From a virus (lineage: Duplodnaviria > Caudoviricetes), in IMG/VR virus record IMGVR_UViG_3300037400_005125, positions 25,721-89,720 of that record: a DNA stretch of 64,000 nt; one strand, written 5' to 3'. The translations under genes were made by a program, and so were the position numbers. The notes under the pieces were generated by a model, which saw only the letters and a list, made by a program, of their open reading frames with translations, was not told the origin of the DNA and did not search any database. Below are positions 1 to 8,059 of the stretch, piece after piece (positions within the stretch are counted from its first letter, which is position 1; every line of letters starts with the position of its first letter).

Positions 1-1
1 C

Positions 2-472
2 ATAGTCAAAACGGAGCGTAATCTGTATTGTTGCAAGCTCGTCTGAGCTGTAATCAAGTTCACCAAAGTCTGCTGCTGTACACATGGTATTCTTAAGAAT
101 CCACTTTGACACAACAACACCTGTTGGGTCAAGCATTTCAAGCTCTACATCACGCTTATAACCTGCTGCGTAACCCTGTCTACCAGATACAGACTCAGAG
201 TGAAGACGAACCCACTCCATAACTGCCTGTGAAGCAGAAGGTCCGATTGGGTCACGAAGAGTAATCTGCATTTCATCCCATGTATAACGACCAACAACAT
301 ACGTCTCAGTGTTAAGGAACTGGATTGGCTTACCCTCCTGCTTGATAGCTGGACGATGCGCTGTCTGACACCACCACTCCTGGATTCCCAAGTCTGCTGG
401 GAATCTGAGCAACCATCTATTTTTTCTCAGTGGCTCATAATTAAGCGGCATTTTCAAAAGTAAATCACTCAT
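2..472 (-). CDS. Tail tube protein (T4 gp19-like), 3' end runs off the window
   Basis: Not in the ORF track. My translation from ATG 472 gives MSDLLLKMPLNYEPLRKNRWLLRFPADLGIQEWW...WDEMQITLRDPIGPSASQAVMEW...LEMLDPTGVVVSKWILK...FGELDYSSDELATIQITLRFDY, open to the edge. It lies downstream of the sheath gene on the same strand. Confidence 0.85.
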   Translation of the reverse strand, partial: MSDLLLKMPLNYEPLRKNRWLLRFPADLGIQEWWCQTAHRPAIKQEGKPIQFLNTETYVVGRYTWDEMQITLRDPIGPSASQAVMEWVRLHSESVSGRQGYAAGYKRDVELEMLDPTGVVVSKWILKNTMCTAADFGELDYSSDELATIQITLRFDY

Positions 473-566
473 TTTTCAAATATTTTTTAATCTAGATTAT
501 TTTAATATAAATACACACTTTTTTAATTTTTAACATAAAAAACTTGTTTTTCTGGAAAAAAATACA

Positions 567-574
567 TATATTTG
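567..574 (+). promoter_or_regulatory. Bacteroidota sigma70-type -7 element TATATTTG (near-leaderless transcript)
   Basis: Matches TAnnTTTG 4 nt before ATG 579. The same element occurs at 1682, 10676, 12166, 14422, 35514, 49970 and 52382 before + strand early/replication genes. Confidence 0.75.
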
Positions 575-578
575 CGCA

Positions 579-956
579 ATGATAGAAATATTTTTACTTA
601 TGATACTTGCACACGTGGTGGATGACTTCGTGTTGCAACTAGCGTGTTTATCCAAGCTTAAACAAAAGTCTTGGTGGGAAACACAGGATGGTTACAAGCC
701 ACTATATAATAATGACTATAAGATGGCACTACTTATGCATTCAATGTCATGGTCAATTATGATATTACTCCCAGTAATAATCACAAACGACATACCTGGA
801 ATAGTGTTGTTTAGCACTTTCATTGTCAACACACTAATACATTATTATATAGATGACATGAAAGCGAATAAAGGTAAAATAAACCTTATGGTTGACCAAT
901 TCGTACACATAATGCAAATAATAACCACATGGATTGCAATATGCCAATGGATATAA
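579..956 (+). CDS. DUF3307-like small membrane protein
   Basis: LAHVVDDFVLQ and HYYID..HI motifs; hydrophobic segments. Confidence 0.65.
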   Translation: MIEIFLLMILAHVVDDFVLQLACLSKLKQKSWWETQDGYKPLYNNDYKMALLMHSMSWSIMILLPVIITNDIPGIVLFSTFIVNTLIHYYIDDMKANKGKINLMVDQFVHIMQIITTWIAICQWI

Positions 957-960
957 TGAA

Positions 961-990
961 AATGGAGATAGAGCCGAATCTATCTCCATT
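961..990. terminator. Bidirectional intrinsic terminator
   Basis: AATGGAGATAGA-gccgaa-TCTATCTCCATT 12-bp stem between convergent genes. Confidence 0.75.
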
Positions 991-995
991 ATTTA

Positions 996-1202
996 TTAGC
1001 CCCTCTGTAAGGCATCCAAAACATCTGGATTAACGTCGCCAGGATAATGTACGTCCTCATCACCTGGAGGAATATCACCAGGACGACTTTTTTCAACACT
1101 TAGCCTTGGATAATCATCTTTAACTTCTTTTAATATTCTCTGTACAGACTCTTTCACAATCCTGTGAAGGTCACTCTCTGTTAATCTAATAACATGCTTC
1201 AT
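996..1202 (-). CDS. Small protein with ESDLH leader motif
   Basis: MKHVIRLTESDLHRIVKESVQRILKE. Confidence 0.75.
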   Translation of the reverse strand: MKHVIRLTESDLHRIVKESVQRILKEVKDDYPRLSVEKSRPGDIPPGDEDVHYPGDVNPDVLDALQRG

Positions 1203-1208
1203 ATCTAA

Positions 1209-1601
1209 TTACTTTTTACCTCCAGTATCAGTTAATACCTTATCTGACTCCAAGAATACCTTCTTGAAGAACTCATACAATGAGCTTGTTGGGTGGTCTG
1301 AATATTTCTTCAAGCCCTCAATTGCCGTTTCTCTAATCTTACCTATAATTGGCTCATGCTGGATAACCTCCTGAGCATGCATTGCAATTTCTTCCTCAGA
1401 ATCTCCCTGCCCCATCATAGCCTGTGGATTCTGCTGAACAAGTGCTGGGTCTGGCTGCTCCTGATACATATGACCTTGCATATGGTCTCCTTGCATCATT
1501 CCTGGATTACCCATTTCTCCCATTTCAAATATAAATTTCTCTGAGAGTTGATTCTTGAGCTGGTTCAACTCTTCTATCAATTTCTTTGTCTTATTATCCA
1601 T
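1209..1601 (-). CDS. Hypothetical protein
   Basis: 130-aa ORF preceded by TATTTATA motif on the coding strand. Confidence 0.7.
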   Translation of the reverse strand: MDNKTKKLIEELNQLKNQLSEKFIFEMGEMGNPGMMQGDHMQGHMYQEQPDPALVQQNPQAMMGQGDSEEEIAMHAQEVIQHEPIIGKIRETAIEGLKKYSDHPTSSLYEFFKKVFLESDKVLTDTGGKK

Positions 1602-1710
1602 AATAAACGTTTATTTTCTATATAAATATTAAATAAGGTTAAAAAATAGACATAAACCTTGGTAGTTTCGCTGATTTTGTCTATATTTGCACCAGAATTT
1701 TAAAGGTAAA

Positions 1711-2259
1711 ATGATGAAACATAAAGAACTTCTAACAGTTAAGGGAAAGGAACTTGCATTCCTGCTACGCCATGACAAGGAAAGCTATGAGAAAGGACTA
1801 ATAGACGGCAACGGATGGCGAAACGTATCAGAACTCATTGAGAAGTACGGATATTCCTCTGAACTCCTTGAGGAAATTGTTGAAACAAACAACAAGAAAC
1901 GATACGAGTTCAACGAAGACCACACGAAGATACGTGCGAGACAGGGTCACTCTATTAACGTCGATGTTGGTCTCTCTGAGGCTGAACCCCCAGCAATTCT
2001 CTATCACGGCACTTCGAGTGATGTAATTGAAGCTATATTAAAGGAAGGTATAAAGAAGGGCAGCAGACTCTACGTACACCTCTCCAAGGACACTGAGACA
2101 GCAACCAACGTTGGGTCAAGACACGGTACGCCATGTCTCCTCAGCATTGATACCAAGAAGATGTATGAGGACGGTGTGAAGTTCTACCTGTCGAACAACG
2201 GTGTATGGCTGACTGAATTCGTAGACCCTAAGTACATAAAAAAAGAGGAAGATTGCTAG
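1711..2259 (+). CDS. kptA: RNA 2'-phosphotransferase (KptA/Tpt1 family)
   Basis: LAFLLRH, RARQGHS, LYHGT, RLYVHLS and NNGVWLT motifs; TATATTTG promoter at 1682; start placed at ATG 1711. Confidence 0.9.
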   Translation: MMKHKELLTVKGKELAFLLRHDKESYEKGLIDGNGWRNVSELIEKYGYSSELLEEIVETNNKKRYEFNEDHTKIRARQGHSINVDVGLSEAEPPAILYHGTSSDVIEAILKEGIKKGSRLYVHLSKDTETATNVGSRHGTPCLLSIDTKKMYEDGVKFYLSNNGVWLTEFVDPKYIKKEEDC

Positions 2260-2276
2260 TCTTCCTCTTCTTTTTT
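2238..2276. terminator. Bidirectional intrinsic terminator
   Basis: A-tract, AAGAGGAAGA...TCTTCCTCTT stem, T-tract between convergent kptA and sheath genes. Confidence 0.75.
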
Positions 2277-2286
2277 ATAGAGTTAT

Positions 2287-5200
2287 TTAAATATCGTCGA
2301 ATGAAACCCCCTCTGGTGTGAGGATGAAATCGATTACGATGTATTCAAGAGCATTGTAAGGCTTGAAGTAAATCTTCACTGGAAGTTCTCTTCTCTCACG
2401 TGACTCGATTGTATCGTTAATCTCAATCCTATAGTCAGAGATACCTCTGTTGCTTCTGATACTATCCATGATTGGAGTTACAGTTGACAAGAATGACTGT
2501 TTTGTAGTTGGGTCATTAGGCTCGAAGATAAGCCCAATGCAAGAGATTGCAACAAGCTTTCTCATTCTAAGAAGCAATCTACGTACTGCGATTCTGTTAA
2601 GCTGTGACTCATTAATCTGAAGGTTCTTCTGACCCCAAATCTTAGGTCCATCCTGTGCAAATGTCTTGATTGGGTTGATTCTACCATCATAAAGAACGTC
2701 CTCGTCTCCAATCTTGGTGATGAAGTGTGCTCTTACACAGTCAACATTACCTCTCTCGATACCAGCAGGTGCAAACCAAGGATATGCTGTATTGTCAGTC
2801 TGTGCGAAGTTACGAACTGCGTCCTTCGTAGCTGGCAAATAGATATACTGGTTATTATCCTGGTCAAGGTATTTAACCCAAGGATAGTAAGTACATGTGT
2901 AGTTAGAGTCAATCTCTGTATCCTCAAGGTTCGTTACAGCCTCTTCTGGTGTGTACATTTCATCAACATAGTCACCAGCACCACTTGGCTTGTCAGGAGT
3001 TGTTACAACATAGATAGAATCGGCTCTCTCTTCCTCAATCATCTCAATCGCCTCCTCAACAAGGAGCTTCTGGTTAACGTAGTCAATACCTGGAGTTGCG
3101 AATACATTGATATCTGATGCCTCTGGGTTAGCAAACTGACGGATACCACTTAAATATGCATACCAGTCAGATGTAATACCATTCTGATTCAACTGAAGCA
3201 AGTCTGGATTTTTAATCTTATTGAATGCATATCCTTCACCACTACCCTGATTGACATATCCTCTGTACTGAGACATCTTATATTCGTCGGTGTTGGTTCT
3301 TTCATCTCTGTAGTCATCCCATCCATCAAATCCACCATAGAAATATACAGTGAACTTACGAAGGTTAACATACTCGTAAATTGAGCCATACATTTCTTCT
3401 TCAGTTCCGATTACAGGTGGCTCAGAAAGTGTTGAAGTTCTAGAATCAGTTGATACACACTCGAAATTATAACCCTTATCACCATCAACTGTAAGACCAC
3501 TATACGCAGTGCCACCACCCTTATTATAGTCAATTCTTGAATCAAGGTGGAAACCGCTAGTCAAGAATGCAGGGTTGTCAATATATGCCTTGTTACCCTT
3601 GAATGTGAAATTATCTATATCAACACCAACCCAAGAAGAAAGACCGAAGTACTGTTTTCTATTCTTGATATCTGGGTCAAAGTATCTATTGTAAGCCAAG
3701 GTTGGGAACTTTATACCAGTCTTAGCATCACCAGTTATAGGAGTACCACTGTACTGAGGTATTGGATATCCCAAGAAACCTGCTGGAACTGACGTTCTAG
3801 CTGCTGTAGAATCATTTACCTCAACTGTAATATACTTAGACTTAGCCTCATACACACCATCAAATGAACCAATCTTGAATGCAATATATCCACTATCACC
3901 AGGTATCATTGTACAATGTGTGAATCTTTCAAGTATTACAGGACTCTCATCACTGTCAAATACGTTACGTACAACCACATCGAATGTACCAGCATCAGGT
4001 CTTACATTTTCAATAGAGACCTTAATTTCGTAGTTGGAATTGCTACCATCTGAAATAGTATGGAATCTAAACAATCTGTTAACCTCTACTTGCTCGTAGT
4101 CACCCTTCAAGTTAGATACTATCCAAGGAGTTGAAGCATATCTGTAAGCTGACTTATAATCGTTAAGGTCAAGTGTAACAGGAGTTATATTTTGTGTTAC
4201 ATCTGTATCTTCTTCTTTAATTGTCCTCATTTTATAATAAAGTCCATCAGCGTTGTTGAGAACAAGTGTTGCCCACTTAGCATTAACACCGATGTTAGGA
4301 TATTCTCTTTCAATTCCTCCATTCATACCACCATGTCCACCAGTAAGAAGGTTTCCATACATATTTGTTGGGTCAAGCTGCTTTCCTTTTCCTTCATCAG
4401 CATCATTATATGTCTTACAAACATTATTAACTGAGCCTGGTGAATAGAATCCATAATAGTAATGCCTCTTACCGTCCTGAGTTGTGTATTGCCTTACAGT
4501 GTAAATTTGTCCAGCAGCCATCTTAAAAATTGCTGGTATGGCGTTTGCTACTTTCTTGTCATCTTTACTAAGACCACTGAAAGAATTAAGCATAGTAGTA
4601 GATATTGCAGCTTTTGTAAAAGCAGTATTTTCCACAACGTTTCCACTATCATTAATCATACCAAGCATGTAAGGTTGACCAGTTGAATAGTCGTAAGCAA
4701 CAGAAGTGAATGCACTATCAGTTGTAGTTGCACTGTCAGCAAGGAATCTCATACCTACATGCTTTCTCTTAAGAGCAGCCTGTGGAATTGTCATGATAGC
4801 ACTAACTGGTTCATGGTGGCAATAGTCTGCTGTATAATAAACCTGGTAACCAGTAAGTTCATCATCAATCTTGGTAAGAGTTCCATCTACAATACCCTGG
4901 TCGAGTGCTACATCGTAGAGTGACTCAACGAATACATATGCGTCACCATCGTATGGCTTTGTACCAAGTACATTGAGAATGTATTCCTTATCACTTGGGT
5001 TAAGTGATACTGCGTACTCGAAATAACCAGCAACAGCCGCCTTAGCATCCTCATATGCCTTTTTAGCTACTGCAATCTGTTCTTCTGTACTTGCTGTATT
5101 ACTCAATACTGACTTATAGTTATCCCTTGCTTCTCTAACAGGTTCTAACTCAGATTCTTCATGAGAGTCTTTCCATCCAACAATCTTAAATCTTCCATGA

Positions 5201-5820
5201 TTGTATTGTGAGATATCCATATTTCCAATACCGCCATCAAGTTTATACCCCTGGCATTCATCACCGTTTGAATTGATTGGAATGTATGGTTCAATCATCA
5301 ATGCGTCAAGATTATACCCTAATTTTGAGCAATCACTAGTACCACCAGATGCACTAGCTTCACCAACATAGAATTTTAAAGTATCGTACTTTGAAGACTC
5401 ACAAGTACATGCGGTGGTAGCGCCAGTCTCAAAAGACTTATAGCTGCCACGTGAACGAAGTAGAGCAACAGCCTGTCCATTTGCTGTAACAAGCCAAGCA
5501 GGACCTGCATTATAACCACTCAAACCAAGAACACGAACAACCTTAAGTTGCTCTGACTCGCTCAAGTAAGACTTAGCGATATAAGGCAACTCGTATTTAG
5601 GGTACTGGCTTCCCTTGTATTTCTCCGTACTTGTTCCACCGAATATATCCTGGAACTCACGCCAATTGGCGATATCCATTACCTGGAAAGCAGGACCTTT
5701 CTGGGTCTCACCAACAAGACCAAGTGTTGTAATACCAAGGCTACGAACTGCGTAGTTAAGGTCTATTTCCCTTGAATAGATACCAGGTGAAACATGTATT
5801 CCTCTTGCATTATCTGCCAT
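2287..5820 (-). CDS. Contractile tail sheath protein, unusually long (1177 aa)
   Basis: N-terminal SPGIYSREIDL..GLVGETQKGP; C-terminal YPWFAPAG..RG, RINPI, WGQKNL, LNRIAVRRLL, FEPND, IYFKP..ALEYIVIDF. Confidence 0.93.
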   Translation of the reverse strand: MADNARGIHVSPGIYSREIDLNYAVRSLGITTLGLVGETQKGPAFQVMDIANWREFQDIFGGTSTEKYKGSQYPKYELPYIAKSYLSESEQLKVVRVLGLSGYNAGPAWLVTANGQAVALLRSRGSYKSFETGATTACTCESSKYDTLKFYVGEASASGGTSDCSKLGYNLDALMIEPYIPINSNGDECQGYKLDGGIGNMDISQYNHGRFKIVGWKDSHEESELEPVREARDNYKSVLSNTASTEEQIAVAKKAYEDAKAAVAGYFEYAVSLNPSDKEYILNVLGTKPYDGDAYVFVESLYDVALDQGIVDGTLTKIDDELTGYQVYYTADYCHHEPVSAIMTIPQAALKRKHVGMRFLADSATTTDSAFTSVAYDYSTGQPYMLGMINDSGNVVENTAFTKAAISTTMLNSFSGLSKDDKKVANAIPAIFKMAAGQIYTVRQYTTQDGKRHYYYGFYSPGSVNNVCKTYNDADEGKGKQLDPTNMYGNLLTGGHGGMNGGIEREYPNIGVNAKWATLVLNNADGLYYKMRTIKEEDTDVTQNITPVTLDLNDYKSAYRYASTPWIVSNLKGDYEQVEVNRLFRFHTISDGSNSNYEIKVSIENVRPDAGTFDVVVRNVFDSDESPVILERFTHCTMIPGDSGYIAFKIGSFDGVYEAKSKYITVEVNDSTAARTSVPAGFLGYPIPQYSGTPITGDAKTGIKFPTLAYNRYFDPDIKNRKQYFGLSSWVGVDIDNFTFKGNKAYIDNPAFLTSGFHLDSRIDYNKGGGTAYSGLTVDGDKGYNFECVSTDSRTSTLSEPPVIGTEEEMYGSIYEYVNLRKFTVYFYGGFDGWDDYRDERTNTDEYKMSQYRGYVNQGSGEGYAFNKIKNPDLLQLNQNGITSDWYAYLSGIRQFANPEASDINVFATPGIDYVNQKLLVEEAIEMIEEERADSIYVVTTPDKPSGAGDYVDEMYTPEEAVTNLEDTEIDSNYTCTYYPWVKYLDQDNNQYIYLPATKDAVRNFAQTDNTAYPWFAPAGIERGNVDCVRAHFITKIGDEDVLYDGRINPIKTFAQDGPKIWGQKNLQINESQLNRIAVRRLLLRMRKLVAISCIGLIFEPNDPTTKQSFLSTVTPIMDSIRSNRGISDYRIEINDTIESRERRELPVKIYFKPYNALEYIVIDFILTPEGVSFDDI

Positions 5821-5888
5821 AATTCTTAAAATATTTAATTTTTATTAGTTATTTTCGTTATATATAAATATTTAATGGTTTCCAAAGA

Positions 5889-6221
5889 TTACTTCCAAAA
5901 CTTAATTTCTGATACAATATTTACAAATTCTTCGTCCCCATGTATCATATAAACATAGTCTATAAACTTTTTAATATCAGTACAGTCAAACTCAATTTCA
6001 TTCTTCATAATTTCATTATGATATTCCTTAAGTTTTTCTATGTCACCATATTTCTTATGAAATTCATCCTGTAACAAAAACGCATAAGAAGTAATTCTTC
6101 CAACCTCTTTTAGATAGTTATAAAGCTTCAGAGCGTTCCCAAAGTCAAGATTAAATTTAAATCTAGCATCTATTTCAAGAAGTATTCTCTCAAGCGTCAT
6201 TAAATCTTTGAGTTTAATCAT
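5889..6221 (-). CDS. Hypothetical protein
   Basis: 110-aa ORF with TATTTATT motif upstream. Confidence 0.65.
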   Translation of the reverse strand: MIKLKDLMTLERILLEIDARFKFNLDFGNALKLYNYLKEVGRITSYAFLLQDEFHKKYGDIEKLKEYHNEIMKNEIEFDCTDIKKFIDYVYMIHGDEEFVNIVSEIKFWK

Positions 6222-6429
6222 AACAATTTGTTTTTATTATTAATAAATATCGCCAAATTTTTGAAAAGACATAAAAAAAAAAGGGAACGATATACTTGTT
6301 GACACAAAATAACGTTCTTACATAAGTATACAATAAATGAGGAATTATTTCAATACAGTTCATCATTTTTTTATTTAACATCAATATTTATTTAAAGAAA
6401 TAACTTAATAAATAACAAACAAAACATAT

Positions 6430-7803
6430 ATGAAATACTTAAAAAAATTCAGTACTCACTCTGAGTATGAGACATACATTAACGGTAGTGGAGCAATTCT
6501 ACCAAATGTATCAATCTGTACAACTGAAGGTGATGTGCATTATAATCCAACCGTTGCTGTAACAGGTGTATCACTTAATAAAAGTGAGTTAAGCCTTAAT
6601 AAAGGTGATTCTGAAATCTTGATAGCCACTGTATTACCAAGTAATGCAAGTAATAAATCAGTAACTTGGTCATCAAGTGATGATAGTGTATTCACTGTTA
6701 GTAATAATGGTCTTGTAACTGCTGTAGGCGATAGTGGAAATGCTAATGTAATAGCAACAACAGTTGATGGCGGATTCACAGCACAATGTGTTGCAAACAT
6801 CACACATGACTATTCACAAGACTACTTCACAATGGTGGTAACAAGTGGTGGTGATATTAAATTCAGTGGCTCAACAACAGCAAATACGCTGTCTTATTCA
6901 AAGGATAACGGTGCTAATTGGTCATCTGTAACAATTGCAGATACAATATCTGTTGTTGAAGGTGATAAGGTTCTATGGAAAGGAACGCCAACACCACAAC
7001 CATCTAAAGGTATTGGTAAGTTCATTGGTGGTACTGATGTTAGATATTCAGTAGAAGGTAATGCAATGTCATTACTGTTTGGTGATGACTTTAAAGACCA
7101 AATAAGTCTTAGTGGTAAGAATTATGCATTATATGGTTTATTCAGGGGCAACACCAATGTAACAAGTGCTGAAAACTTATCATTACTTGCAACAACGTCG
7201 ACAACTTCCTGTTATAGCTATATGTTCAGAAGTTGTACAAGTCTAACGACAGCACCTGAGTTACCTGCAACAATGTTAGCAAATGAGTGTTATAACGGTA
7301 TGTTCTATGATTGTACAAATCTAACGACAGCACCTTCTGTGTTACCTGCTACAACGTTGGCAAATAACTGTTATACCCAAATGTTTTGTGGTTGTACAAG
7401 TCTAAGGACAGCCCCTGAGTTACCAGCAACAACATTGGCAAATAACTGTTATAGCTTTATGTTCAATGGTTGTACAAGTCTAACGACAGCACCTGAGTTG
7501 CCTGCAACAATGTTAGCAAATGAGTGTTATCAAAATATGTTCCAAGATTGTACAAGTCTAACGACAGCACCTGAGTTACCCGCAACAACGTTGGTAATTA
7601 GCTGTTATAGCTTTATGTTCAGTGGTTGTACAAGTCTAAGTTCAATTAAGTGTCTTGCAACAAGCATTAGTGCACGTAACTGTACATATGATTGGGTAAA
7701 TGGTGTTGCAGCAAGTGGTACATTTACTAAGGCAGCAAGTATGAGAAGTTGGACAAAAGGTATTAGTGGTATTCCAACCAATTGGACTGTGAAAAATGCA
7801 TAG
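6430..7803 (+). CDS. Adhesin-like protein: conserved N-terminal module, Ig-like (Big_2-type) domain, about six 26-aa LRR-like repeats
   Basis: MKYLKKFSTHSEYETYING..LPNVS..VHYNP N-terminus; VTGVSLNKSELSL..VTWSSSD..VTAVG Ig motif; LTTAPELPATxLAxxCYxxMFxxCTS repeats. Confidence 0.8.
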   Translation: MKYLKKFSTHSEYETYINGSGAILPNVSICTTEGDVHYNPTVAVTGVSLNKSELSLNKGDSEILIATVLPSNASNKSVTWSSSDDSVFTVSNNGLVTAVGDSGNANVIATTVDGGFTAQCVANITHDYSQDYFTMVVTSGGDIKFSGSTTANTLSYSKDNGANWSSVTIADTISVVEGDKVLWKGTPTPQPSKGIGKFIGGTDVRYSVEGNAMSLLFGDDFKDQISLSGKNYALYGLFRGNTNVTSAENLSLLATTSTTSCYSYMFRSCTSLTTAPELPATMLANECYNGMFYDCTNLTTAPSVLPATTLANNCYTQMFCGCTSLRTAPELPATTLANNCYSFMFNGCTSLTTAPELPATMLANECYQNMFQDCTSLTTAPELPATTLVISCYSFMFSGCTSLSSIKCLATSISARNCTYDWVNGVAASGTFTKAASMRSWTKGISGIPTNWTVKNA

Positions 7804-7816
7804 TAAAATATTATAT

Positions 7817-7850
7817 AAGAGGGATAGTTCAAGTGGACTATCCTTTTATT
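7817..7850 (+). terminator. Intrinsic terminator of the cassette 1 cargo gene
   Basis: GGATAGTTC-aagt-GGACTATCC stem followed by TTTTATT. Confidence 0.65.
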
Positions 7851-8029
7851 ATGCCACTTTGTTATGTGCATACCAATGATAGTATACATCACGCTTGAAC
7901 ATCATATATTCAATATCCACAACAGTAGATAGTGACAATGCATCATAAGTTGCTGAAAGTTTTGTCCTTTCAGCAACTTTGTATATTTATTCAAAAGGAA
8001 CGACTTGTGTCAACAAGTATATCGTTCCC

Positions 8030-8059
8030 AAAAAAAAAGAGCAACCATTACAGTTGCTC
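8030..8059 (-). terminator. Intrinsic terminator of gene 8048-9445; its U-tract is the cassette 1 insertion site
   Basis: Minus strand GAGCAAC-tgtaatg-GTTGCTC-T9, directly followed by the GGGAAC TIR. Confidence 0.8.

Larger units (their letters stand above)
6283..8029. mobile_element. Non-autonomous TIR-bounded cargo cassette 1 (1747 bp) carrying an LRR-like adhesin gene
   Basis: Perfect 25-bp inverted repeat GGGAACGATATACTTGTTGACACAA at 6283-6307 and 8005-8029; flanked by A10 (6273-6282) and A9 (8030-8038), consistent with an 8-9-bp TSD; no transposase inside. Confidence 0.85.

Noticed and set aside
2725-4686. Short ORFs overlapping the sheath, polymerase and fibre genes in other frames
   Set aside because: They lack promoters and recognisable motifs and lie within well-supported long genes.
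6283-8029. Invertible (shufflon-like) segment rather than an insertion cassette
   Set aside because: Promoter, ORF and terminator are all inside the repeats, so inversion would not switch expression; A/T tracts are duplicated directly on both sides and no invertase is nearby. It is ranked lower but not strictly excluded.
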